Source of the DNA: Phoronis australis
Taxonomy: Eukaryota; Animalia; Phoronida
Assembly: GCA_002633005.1 (NCBI GenBank)
Contig: NMRA01000078.1
Coordinates: forward strand, 880,233-944,232
Reading direction: 5' to 3'
DNA: 64,000 nucleotides
Position numbers and translations under genes: made by a program. Below, one piece after another: positions 51,405 to 62,526 of this stretch. Positions within the stretch are counted from its first letter, which is position 1; each line of letters opens with the position of its first letter. The notes under the pieces were generated by a model. It had not been told where the DNA came from. It saw only the letters and a list, made by a program, of their open reading frames with translations, and did not search any database.

Positions 51405-54346
51405 TCAAATGTCTTTATAAATGAGATCGTATCTTGGTACTCGACTTGGCTCTAATGGACTCATCACCATCAGCTTGCCTTTCATGGCTCCTCTGTAAAT
51501 GACTTCAATGACATCAATAAAATCTTGCCTCGACTGGAAACTTCCAATAAACTTGGTGTTGTCTGGTGATCTGGAAAATGGAAATGGAAATTTTTCAATC
51601 GTGAAATAACAGATGAGGTAAATTTTTTCAACTACTGTTGTCTAATCTTCAGACATTCAGAAAATCTCTACTAGTTCGAAATAACAGGCATTGTGGAAAT
51701 TTTCAGAACCTAGAAATGGGCAAAAGGATAAAGCAATCATATTTGGAGGGCAATTCCAAATATAAAAGGAAATGCCATCACTGAATTACATCATTTTTGT
51801 TCATGAACTGAAACACTAATATTAGCACACAGACACTATAGAAATGACAAGTCTGTATGGTTCAGTAGATTAAAGTCGTAAACACTTAAATCAATTGTTC
51901 TTGTGGCAGATTTAAAGGGTAGGTAAAGGCTCTCTAAAATTTCTGGATCTGCTGTTGATTACGTAACACTACGTTATACAAACCCCCAGTCCACTCGCAT
52001 ATGATGGCCGTTGAAGAAAAAGACAGTTGCTGGTATCAGGGTGATATCGAAGTAACTTCTGTAGATGTCAACTTGATCGACATTCACTGTATATATGGCG
52101 GCCATGTTTCGAAGTTCATCTTCTGTCTTGGCAAGCTGTCGAGGAGAATATTCAAACACTCAATAAGTCCTACAATAAAAGGTTGCTGCCCAAGTAAATA
52201 AGAGATTTACAAGCACACCAACCTTGGTGCCTGATAACCACCCTTGCCCTTTGGCTAATTCTTGCTCTTCTGGAGGTGTTGCCGGAGGTAACACGGCCTT
52301 GGGTTAAGTGAAAGAGAAGGAACAAATGGGCCCTAGCTCAACATTTTTTAAAATAATTCTTAGAGTTAGTGTTAGTAGGCAAACAACATCAGTCACTAGC
52401 CATATAGATATAATTACAATAAGGCCAAAAACAGTTGTTTTTGGTCCTTTTGGTGATGTGGTATTGCTGTCAGTGAGTGCAGGTCTCAAATTGAGCCGGG
52501 GTAGAGATCAGAACCAGCAGCTAGTTTTGAGGCTGAATGGGGAACTTCATAGCAGAACACTTGCTTTATGGATATTAAAAGGATACTAAAAACCAAATCC
52601 TGTTCTGTTACCTGGTAATATATCAGTGGTGATCCACAAGTTTCACAGATTGGATACCACAGAAAATAAATCTGAAACTAAATGAGGCGATCCAGTTCCT
52701 CTAAAGGATACTATTGACTGATGAAATGTAGAATATATATTAGGTAAATAAAACAACAATAATGGACAGGGCTCAACACTAACGGTTGCCCGATTGCCGT
52801 GTACATGTAGATTTTGCGTCGAGCAAGTGGAATTTGAAAAGTACCTGCCCGATGGACAAGTTAAAACAAACCTATATTTACCGTCGAAAAAACCCTGGTG
52901 GCCGTCAAAGAAACTCCTGTCTTCGAATGAGCACCTTAAGGAAAATTGAAAGAGTGTGATGCTGCGTGCACAGATGACGCTCGCGGTCAAATCCTTTCAA
53001 TTCTCTGATCGAGCCCTACAGTTTCTGAGTAAGTTGTCAGGCGATACTACTGATCGTCTGCACTCAGGCAAAATGTCCTTGGTTTAGTTGCTAAAAAGCG
53101 ACCTCAGGAAGAATCAAAACAACAATATGAAAAGAAAAGAGTGCGGGAGTGGGTTCCGTCATGGGAAATTAGGTTTCCTGGCCTGCAAGACAGTAAACAA
53201 GGGATGACGTGTGAATTTTGCCGGCGTTTCCCCAAGTACAGCTGGAAGCAACAAGTTTACCGGCGGATTAAGTCATACAGGTTAGCGCAAAACCTAAAAA
53301 GTGAATGATACCACGTATTTTCTACACTACACAGCAGTTTTAAAGGCTGGGTATTTATTCGGGGGGAATTCCAAAGGAAACTCTTATGAATTCCCGGCTC
53401 CCGGTGGCGACTCTAAAACAAGAGGAATACGGTCTTCGGGATTGTCGCTATGAAGGGTGACTTTCGCGGTCTATTTATTTTTCAAAAAGGTAATTAGTTA
53501 TTGAAAATAAAAGTAAATGTGGCATTATTATTTTAAAATTTGATTTTAAACTAATACAAGGTACCGATGGCCATGGTTACAGGAATCGTTAAAAAATAGG
53601 AACTCAAGCATATAGCATGCACGGCACTAGAGTAGGCTCAGCACAGACAGCCTTACGGTAACACATTACCTAGGTGTGCACATGCACGGTGCTGTTTGAG
53701 ATTGTACTTGGGGCAAGTGAGTTTGTTGTTCGGGCAAGTAAAAATTTCAACTACTTGCCCAAAAGGCAAGTGACTTAAAAAGTTAATGTTGAGCCCTGAT
53801 GCCAGTGATGGTTTGAAGTAGTGAAATTTTGCCACAGCCTGGTGGGGGAGTCGGTGCCGTGGTTGGTACCCGGGTAGGGGCAAAGGACAGGTGAACTGGG
53901 GGGTTGGGTTTAAAGCCAAATGCTGAAACATCGAACAGGTAGCAAGAAGGACATGTGACAGTGACACTCCTGAGGGAGTACGTTCCATCACAAGCACTTT
54001 TAAGCAGCCCTCAACTATACACTTTACACAACTTTATTTAGTGTATAGCTGAGGGCTGCTTAAAGGTGCCTGTGGTTTCATAAAGACAAAGCCAAGCATA
54101 AATAAGACACTACTACTCCACTACTGTCTGTAGTTTGTAGACAGTAGTGAGTGTGGACTGAGACTGAGACAATGTCAACGCCAGTGTCAGTGTGAAAGCT
54201 TGGGCACGTACTATGTCATCTAAAAGTAAACAGTTCACGTCGCCTTCTCTTCCAAATCGCAGCACCAAAACGAGTTCTTTTGTTTGAGTAATGGCACTGT
54301 CCACTTCTGCCTTACTGTCCAATTTCTTTAGCAGAAACGTGGCCAT
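51405..54346 (-). CDS. TXNL4B: Thioredoxin-like protein 4B (Dim2/DLP), 150 aa. Exons 54346-54212, 52135-51984, 51570-51405
   Basis: LVLVLRFGR...LDDI | LAK...YFDITLIPATVFFFNGHHMRVDWG | SPDNTKFIGSF..QDFIDVIEVIYRGAMKGK...YDLIYKDI*. GT-AG introns, 453 nt. The C-terminus is 4B-type rather than Dim1/4A-type. Confidence 0.93.
52767..53798 (+). mobile_element. Internally deleted hAT-like transposon in TXNL4B intron 1
   Basis: 17-bp TIRs CAGGGCTCAACAC/TTAAC with subterminal CTTGCCC/GGGCAAG repeats. An internal remnant REWVPSWEIRFPGL...GMTCEFCRRF (about 53145-53230) resembles a TTF-type zinc finger. No clean TSD. Confidence 0.75.
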
Positions 54347-56021
54347 TGATAACGCACGTTTCTTTTTCAACAGAACCACTTGCTGTGTTGTTTGTCTCCC
54401 CTGATTTTCACAATTTATCTCTTCTAATCTCCAACCAAAGTCTGGGTTCGAGACTACAACGTGTGCATGAGTAAGTATACATGTGCGAACTTAGTTGGTC
54501 TAACAAGTCGCCGTTGGTTAGCTCTGACGACATTAATGTAATAGACAAATAGTTATAACTATTCCTGTTTTATTTGTAAGCAGATTATTGGTGACAAAAT
54601 ACCATTTTAGGTCACATTACTCCAAATCTCCGACACCGCATGTAGAGCCGGGAGAGGGCAGCACAGTCCAGCCCATAGTCACAGACACACTCAAACACAG
54701 TTGACTGTGTGACTTACTAGTATCATGAATGAAGTGAGTCAGTTGTACAGTAGGAAATACGAAATTAATAGGTAGTGTCACAGTCATGTTGGAAATTTTT
54801 TTGTCTTTATAAATGGTGCAAAGCTGTATATTTATATTGTATTAATGTCGGCTGACATGGACAAACAGGCTACAACACACAGCAGTTTCAGTTTTATTCA
54901 CAGTGTAACTGTAACAGTAAATTTCTAGAGGGTACTCACATAGCGTCCACATTGGACAGCGACGAACTCCAGAAGGCCCAGACGATCTTGTCACATGGTC
55001 TTGACAGGTGACATGTCACGTGGTGATAGTGTGACCTCTGCTGGGCTCTTCTGGCATCCAGTCAGGTACGTGTCGCACCAGACCAAGACCAAAGAAAATC
55101 AAAAGGACATCACAATATAGAGATGCCACAGCCGAGACTGACTTCGACATTTACTACATTCTTCCCGTCCCTAAAGACACACACAATGAAATTCACAAAA
55201 ATATTATTAAATTTTTGTGCTCTGAGTACCTTCTAATCCCATGCTCCAATTGGAAGCACGGGGTGTTTCTGAGTGTTGTGGCAGACAGTTGCTTCTTGTG
55301 GTATGACCTAGATCCAGATGTTGGACTTAACTTTCATTTTTTCAAACATTGGCAACCATGCCAGAAAAAGCGAGACACCTGGAGTAAGGTCTTATGGTGA
55401 GGGGAAATGTACCGCAACACGCAAAAACATTCTGACGACGTCTTTGTTGTGCTTGTGAAATAGAACGGGGGAAATGAGGGCGTGGTAAAGTATCTACAAT
55501 TAAAATTGAACACGATATGGCAGAATAGTAAATTTTCATTTTGTTTTCTCCATGATAGCAAGTAACAGCATATATTCACGAAAACAACAAAGGTTTTAAA
55601 ACTTGACATGTTTCGGTGTCATTTATTAAACACCATCCTCAGAAGTCATAATACAGTGGCCACCTAGCTAGGCCCAGCAACAAGTAATGAAGCACAGATA
55701 CAGTCTAGTTCATTGTCACTCCCTGTAACTGACTGTATCTGTGCTTCATTACTTGTTGCTGGGCCTAGCTAGGTGGCCACTGTATTATGACTTCTGAGGN
55801 AATAAAATGGCTGCCGAAGGCAGTGCACATTTGAAATAACTCGGCACAAATTAAAGAAAACTTCCGAATCGATGAATGCGGTATATCTGTGAGAGTTAAA
55901 TCGAATCCTATTCAGATCATAACTTTGAAGTGGAATAATTCGGTGAGTACAACAGCAAGTCGGTTTTATGCTTAGGCGGACGAACATTGGGCTCCCCAGT
56001 ATACGTTTCATCACAAGCACT

Positions 56022-56087
56022 TTTAAGCAGCCCTCAACTATACACTTTACACAACTTTATTTAGTGTATAGTTGAGGGCTGCTTAAA
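56022..56087. repeat. 66-bp hairpin (25-bp perfect arms, 16-nt loop); other copy at 53999-54064
   Basis: TTTAAGCAGCCCTCAACTATACACT ... AGTGTATAGTTGAGGGCTGCTTAAA. Confidence 0.85.
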
Positions 56088-56240
56088 GGTGCCTGTGGTT
56101 CCATAAAGCCAAAGCCAAGCATAAATAAGACACTACTACTCCACTACTGTCTGTAGTCTGTAGACAGTAGTGAGTGTCTCAGTGTGGACCGAGTGAGAGT
56201 GAGACAATGTCAACGCCAGTGTGAAAGCTTGGGCACGTAC

Positions 56241-56375
56241 TATGTCATCTAAAAGTAAACAGTTCACGTCGCCTTCTCTTCCAAATCGCAGCACCAACAC
56301 GAGTTCTTTTGTTTGAGTAATGGCACTGTCCACTTCTGCCTTACTGTCCAATTTCTTTAGCAGAAACGTGGCCAT
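56241..56375 (-). CDS. TXNL4B: Second (probably allelic) copy of TXNL4B coding exon 1
   Basis: Same 45 aa as 54346-54212, with the same GTACGT donor. Confidence 0.7.
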
Positions 56376-56501
56376 AACGCATGTTTCTTTTTCAACAGAA
56401 CCACTTGCTGTCTTGTTTGTCTCCCCTGATTTTCACAATTTATCTCTTCTAATCTCCAACCAAAGTCTGGGTTCGAGACTACAACGTGTGCATGAGTAAG
56501 T
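56376..56501. promoter_or_regulatory. Probable bidirectional promoter/5' region shared by TXNL4B and TRMT10C
   Basis: Divergent genes. A plus-strand GTAAGT donor at 56496 lies only 120 bp from the TXNL4B ATG, and the TRMT10C ATG exon begins at an acceptor (58105). The promoter itself is inferred. Confidence 0.45.
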
Positions 56502-56878
56502 ATACATGTGCGAACTTAGTTGGTCTAACTAGTCGCCGTTGGTTAGCTCTGACGACATTAATGTAATAGACAAATAATTATAACTGTTCCTGTTTTATTT
56601 GTAAGCAGATTATTGGTGACAAAATACCATTTTAGGTCATATTACTCCAAATCTCCGACACTGCATGTAGAGCCGGGAGAGGGCAGCACAGTCCAGCCCA
56701 TAGTCACAGACACTCAAACACAGTTGACTGTGTGACTTACTAGTATCATGAATGAAGTGAGTCAGTTGTACAGTAGGAAATATGAAATTAATAGGTAGTG
56801 TCACGGTCATGTTGGAAATTTTTTTGTCTTTATAAATGGTGCAAAGCTGTATATTTATATTGTATTAATGTCGGCTGA

Positions 56879-57007
56879 GTTCATAATTGGGGTCTCGTGC
56901 CTTTGCTCAGGTGTTTTGTGCAATGGGCCCATCCATGAGGCCTGCGCACGTCTGATGCACCGCAAATGACATCAGACCACCTGCACTGTTTTTTTTGTTT
57001 TTTTTTT
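56879..57007 (+). mobile_element. 5'-truncated retroposon insertion with a T-rich tail and a 14-bp TSD, present in only one of the two copies
   Basis: TTAATGTCGGCTGA occurs at 56865-56878 and 57008-57021. The empty site has a single copy at 54842-54855. Confidence 0.9.
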
Positions 57008-57723
57008 TTAATGTCGGCTGACATGGACAAACAGGCTACAACACACAGCAGTTTCAGCCATATTCACAGTGTAACTGTAAGAGTAAATTTCTAGAGGGTA
57101 CTCACATAGCGTCCACACTGGACAGCGACGAACTCCAGAAGGCCCAGACGATCTTGTCACATGGTCTTGACAGGTGACATGTCACGTGGTGATAGTGTGA
57201 CCTCTGCTGGGCTCTTCTGGCATCAGGTACGTGTCGCACCAGACCAAGACCAACTTTGTACTAAGAAAATCAAAAGGACATCACAATATAGAGACGCCAC
57301 AGCCGAGACTGACGTCGACATTTACTACATTCCTCCCTTCCCTAAAGACACACACAATGAAATTCACAAAAATATTATTAAATTTTTGTGCTCTGCTATA
57401 TATACCCTCTAATCCCATGCTCCAATTGGAAGCACGGGGTGTTTCTGAGTGTTGTGGCAGACAGTTGCTTCTTGTGGTATGACCTAGATCCAGATGTTGG
57501 ACTTAATTTTAGTTTTTTCAAACATTGGCAACCATGCCAGAAAAAGCGAGACACCTGGAGCAAGGTCTTATGGTGAGGGGAAATGTACCGCAACACGCAA
57601 AAACATTCTGACGACGTTTTTGTTGTGCTTGTGAAATAGAACGGGGGAAATGAGGGCGTGGTAAAGTATCTACAATTAAAATTGAACATGATATGGCAGA
57701 ACAGTAAATTTTCATTTTGTTTT

Positions 57724-58032
57724 CTCCATGATAGCAAGTAACAGCATATATTCACGAAAACAACAACGGTTTTAAAACTTGACATGTTTCGGTGTCATTT
57801 ATTAAACACCATTCTCAGAAGTCATAATACAGTGGCCACCTAGCTAGGCCCAGCAGCAAGTAATGAAGCACAGATACAGTCAGCTACAGGGAGTGACAAT
57901 GAACTAGACTGTATCTGTGCTTCATTACTTGTTGCTGGGCCTAGCTAGGTGGCCACTGTATTATGACTTCTGAGGATGGTGTTTAATAAATGACACCGAA
58001 ACATGTCAAGTTTTAAAACCGTTGTTGTTTTC
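57724..58032. mobile_element. Fold-back (inverted-duplicated) hammerhead retroposon. 126-bp arms at 57756-57881 and 57907-58032; partial second copy at 55548-55799
   Basis: The arms match at 124/126. TSD-like TTTTCATTTT(G/A)TTTT at 57709-57723 and 58028-58042. The left boundary coincides with that of the solo copy at 34877. Confidence 0.88.
57965..58012 (+). ncRNA. Minimal type I hammerhead ribozyme motif, with predicted cleavage after C58007
   Basis: GACTT-CTGAGGA-T-GGTGTT(TAATAAAT)GACACC-GAAA-C-AT-G-TC-AAGTT gives stem I, an intact CUGANGA/GAAA/GUC core, stem II and a palindromic ACATGT mini stem III. Confidence 0.82.
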
Positions 58033-58120
58033 ATTTTATTTTGCACTAACTGTGAAATCCTCGGTGTGTTCTGCTCTCTAATGAAACTTTCATTTGATTT
58101 CACAGGTTTGGTCGTCCATC

Positions 58121-60703
58121 ATGATTTCTGGACATGCTCGCTGGCTTATTTCAAGACTGTCTCTTCTAAATGCACAGTGTGTAATAACAAATAGTTGCTT
58201 CTTAAAGCCAACGGTTAAAAGTACATCAGTTACTTCATTGATAAAGAACATTATAACAGATGCAACAAGTCGTGTGGTAAGCCCGAAATCAGCATCTCAG
58301 ATACTATTAGAACTGTCACCAGAGGAAGACAGGACGTTAAGAATAATACAAATGGAATACGATGTTGCGTTTGCTTCTGGAGCGAAAGTACCCGATGTGG
58401 TCACAGATGACATGTGGCTCACCCTGTTGAGAGAGTGTCCGACTGTGACCTCGCGGAGAGGTCAGATGAGGTTTTGGTGGCAGAAAGAGTTCTATCGTCT
58501 TCGGAAGGCGGAGAAAAGGGAAAGGATTGCAGAACGGGAACAACAACGACTGGAGGACATTGAAAGGGCAAAATTAGAGGGGTTGTGGAAACCGCCAGAT
58601 AATAGGATATTCATTAGGCTTTACGACTCGCAGATGAATCGGTTTTGCAATTCAAAGTTAGTTCATGCATTAAACTTTGGACAAGAGGTTGTGTTTGACA
58701 TGAGCTTTGATGACTATATGTCAAAAGGTGAGCACCAGAATCTTGTCAATCAGCTGTTGTTTTGTCTGGGAATGAACAAGAAACAGAGGGACCCCTTTCA
58801 CATGCACTTCTGCAATGTGGATCCCAACTCTGTATCCTTGCGTAAATGGAATAAACACATGGACAGCTTGGCCGACAATCACGACTTGATTACAAAGTCT
58901 AGCCAGTGCTACACTGAGTTATTTGACAAAAACCGACTAGTGTATCTGACTCCACATGCACCAAACTACTTGGAAGAGTTTGACAGCGATGCAGTATATA
59001 TCATCGGGGCCTATGTGGATAAAACCACCAAACAGCCACTGACTCTAGCTAAAGCCAAACGCCAAAGACTGAAGATGGCAAAGCTACCTATTGACTTGTA
59101 TTTGAGGTTTGTTGCCTTTAGCCAAGTTGTAAAAAATAGTTGCAGGCGGTCTGGTACATGTTATAGATGCAGGCCCATCAGGCGGGCCTGTTGCACTGAT
59201 CACCGGAAATCATTTTTGCGCTTTAATGCATAGTCAAAACCAAGCTGAGGAGCTAGAAACCTGTCTCAAAGAGGGATACAGCAGTGTGGCCCAGTGGGAC
59301 TGAAACCCACGTCCTCAAGTAAAGGAATCGGACACTCATTTACACTGGGCCACACTGTCTCCTCTCAGCCAAATTAAGTTGGACATGACTCCAGGCTGTT
59401 TACTTAACTTCTGTAAGAAGTACCTGAGATACTTGAATTCAGCGTAATCTTAAACATTTCCTAGGCCCGGTCTCTAATCTTTGTACTCGAAACGAACTCG
59501 AAACTATTTTTGGCAACTTCTCTGCTCCTTTTGTGCGAAGTTAAGATAATTGGTTATCAGAGTGCGCTCGAATACATTATAGTTTATGCATAGGAGTTTC
59601 TAGTTCAAGTTTGCCCTTGAAGACCCTTATATTCGTGCTACAAACTCGAGTAAAAACTCGAAATTTCGAGTTCAAACTCGAACTTATTGCTTTAATATTG
59701 GGTTTACAAACTGTGAACTAAGGGCAATAAATTATCTACGTAAGTTATTGTGTACTCGAGCATAGAATAATAGACACTTATCTTGAGTTCGCCCAAAAGT
59801 AGAGTAGAAAATGCCAAACCTAATTTCAAGTTCCATTTCGAGTAAAAGATTGGAGACCGGGCCCTGGTGTTAACCTTGAGAGTGCCAGTTTCGAATATTG
59901 TTTGTGGCACCTAAAGGCACGGTGCTTAAAGCACACTATTGGCATGACTGATTCAACCAGGAGCATTTTGTCCAAGTGAGATGAAATCAAACTTTTATTG
60001 TAAAAACACAACTGACACACACACACGCCCATGACATACTTTCCCTTTCACCCTCCATGCAGACAACGTAGTTACTGTGAAAAAAAAGCTGCCCACTTTT
60101 GCTGACATTAACTCTTTTCTTCACTTTTTACTATTATAGTTAAATTGTTTTATTTTGCTCTATTGTCACTTTCCACTCACTAATTTGTTGTAGTGGTTGC
60201 TATAGTACATTATTTGATCATGGAAAACCGTTGGTTTTATGAAAATCATGACAAAATAAATTGGTGACATTTTTCTTATTTGCACCTCAAAACTCACATA
60301 AATCGGGATCCAACCAAATCAAAAGATTTGATTCAAGACAAAATAGGATTGAAGAACTGGTTGCATGCTACTCTGATTTGGAGAGCAGCAATACTGCTGG
60401 AAATAGCGAATGTCTGCAATGGAGAACTGTCTCTGTGATCAGCAGAATAGATTCACACCTTGATTGTGATGACTCACCTTCGGTCACTAAGTTTCTGTAT
60501 TCTCCTTCAGGTGGGGCAGCAGTGCTCACAAGAATCTTACCTTGAACAGTGTCATGGGCATATTGCTGGACATAAAACACACTGGAGACTGGAAGTACGC
60601 TCTGCGCCATATACCAGCACGCAAGGTGAAGACGGCGCAACAACGAGAGAAGGAACGTGCTTACAAGATGGCCCGCTACAAGACTATCTACAGGGACGCC
60701 TGA
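58121..60703 (+). CDS. TRMT10C: tRNA methyltransferase 10 homologue C (mitochondrial RNase P protein 1). Exons 58121-59106, 60511-60703
   Basis: Presequence-like N-terminus, FGQEVVFDMSFD, LVYLTPHA, YIIGAYVDK, AKAKR..LKMAKLPIDLYLR|WG...KNLTLN...LL......W..AL..IP.RK (TRM10 SPOUT domain). The phase-2 GT-AG intron closes. Confidence 0.92.
59131..59359 (-). mobile_element. Full-length tRNA-derived SINE with an oligo-T tail, in the TRMT10C intron
   Basis: Minus-strand head GACAGTGTGGCCCAGTG...GGTTTCAGTCCCACTGGGCCACACTG. The body is colinear with 36526-36746, and the tail ...CAGACCGCCTGCAACTA-T(n) resembles those at 9500-9591 and 56879-57007. Confidence 0.7.
59464..59863. mobile_element. 400-bp MITE, PIF/Harbinger-like ends
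   Basis: TIR GGCCCGGTCTC(T/C)AATCTTT, internal ACTCGAA repeats, and 3-bp flanks CTA/CTG. Confidence 0.75.
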
Positions 60704-62333
60704 CATTCGACACGTGTGAAAGAAACATGCTCGCAGAACGTTACACAGCTGTCTACGTGGTTATGTGACGTTAGTGATAGGATGTCTATACTATCTGCAC
60801 ACGTATGTGACAAGTAACATGGTCAAGAGGGGATGTGGTCGTTGGATGGTCATTTATTGTGAAAGGTGTTGTGCGACACTATTTCTGTTACCGACTAGTC
60901 ACAGGCAATGTGATCATGCACTGCTTTCAAATTTCACAAGTTTTGGCTGGCCCAAGCCCAATACTTTGAGGACTCTTCTTGAACCGTTGATGGTTTTGAT
61001 GTTTATTGTTGGTAACAGATATAGTATGAGAGATCGATTTAATGAAAGTAAAGAGCCTAGATTGATTTCTGTTTGTTAGCCAGCTAAATGGCAAAATGTT
61101 GCTTAAGAGGCTTCAACACAGTTTGCAAAAAATATTAAAGCAGTTTCATTTTACCATATTGACTGTCTGTATTTGAAAGTAATTTTTTTATCTCAATATC
61201 GTTTAATTTGAAAAATGTTCATATCCAGCGGTGCCTTTTTAAACTGTTACCATGGGAAAACTACTTAGTGACTCCACATTTTTGTCTGATTTGTAGTCGA
61301 CAAAGATCAAAATCTTAAAAAATCAATGGTAAATTAAAACTGTGTTGAACACCCATAACAAAGCTACTTTCGTTGGTTAACAGTGGACAGTTAGAAGAGA
61401 GTTACTTGATGAAACGTAAAAGGACTAAGTCTATGTAAAATTTTCATTGGCTTGCAAAACTTGAGATTGTCAACAGAAACAAAACATGTAGACGAGGTTT
61501 GTAATGTACTTTATTAAAAATAGCAATTGCATAACACTTTAATGAATGTAAATTTAGAATTCTTTTAAAAGTTTTTCCAAGTAACACTCCAAATACAACA
61601 TACAGACAAGCACTTGAGAATAACAATACAACGGAAATTATAAAATTACGATACAAATTCCATCAAACAAAAAACATTCCTTGCATTCACTCTTTAGTCT
61701 TTCCATATACTCAGATTTGTCCAAGATAAAGGGATATAAAACTACTTGTTAATTCATGTAATTTGAATATTTACTGATGACATATCTGCCACTATTATTT
61801 TGCAATTTGTATCCACAATTAAACATTTTCAAAAATTGCACAGGCCTTGGACTGTTTCCGATTCCGGCAACCATGAGGATAATTCAGCACTTCGAATTCT
61901 TACAAAACTGAGCTCCAACAACAAAAGTTGAGAAGGATTGGGATCGACAGAGGCCAAACGACCCAGGAAATAATTTTCTTAGTGCTTAGTAATTTACAGC
62001 ACGATGTAAATCTGGCCTAATTAATATTGTTTTTAATTTTGACAATTTTAATTTTATTTGACTTTGTTCAACTCCTCAAAATGACGCCGTACTAAACAAG
62101 CGAATTAATACAGCCTGGAGTTCTGGGGACCTCTGCTCTTCACAAGTACCTACAAGATGAGATGATCCACTCTACCCATAGTGGCCAGCTGTTGGTATGC
62201 CAGTCTCACCAAATGTTTCTACGTGACCTTCATATGCTTGTTAGATATACTCAACTTACTAATTGTGATCTATACTAGGAATGTTTGGCAATTCTTAAGT
62301 CTATATTTACCCTGTCCACATGGTTGATAAAAG

Positions 62334-62526
62334 CAAGGCTTGGAATGACCAATGACAAAAAAGGAAAATTTTCCAGGTGATTTGTCGATCCACTAATAGA
62401 TGTTTTTTATTTTGTGGAATTCAACTGAAATAAACGTTGAGTAAAGTAAATATGATAATCAAACAAGAGTAAATCGAAACCAAGAAAGAGGAAAATCGTT
62501 TAAAAAGAGTAAAATTCCAAGCCCTG
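62334..62526. mobile_element. hAT-like MITE (CAGGGCTTGGAA family)
   Basis: CAAGGCTTGGAATGACCAATGAC ... AATTCCAAGCCCTG. Flanks TAAAAG/TAAAAC. Confidence 0.8.

Larger units (their letters stand above)
53979..57975. repeat. Tandem near-duplicate (53979-55799 vs about 56002-57975) across the N at 55800; probable allelic duplication
   Basis: Colinear. Both copies carry TXNL4B exon 1, the short hairpin and the hammerhead palindrome. Confidence 0.85.

Noticed and set aside
59107-59233. Cys-rich C-terminal extension of the 379-aa ORF
   Set aside because: It is intron and SINE read-through. The conserved TRM10 C-terminus is in the exon at 60511.
59280-59359. tRNA gene
   Set aside because: The cloverleaf and B box are degenerate, and the sequence continues into a body shared with 36526-36746, so it is a SINE head.
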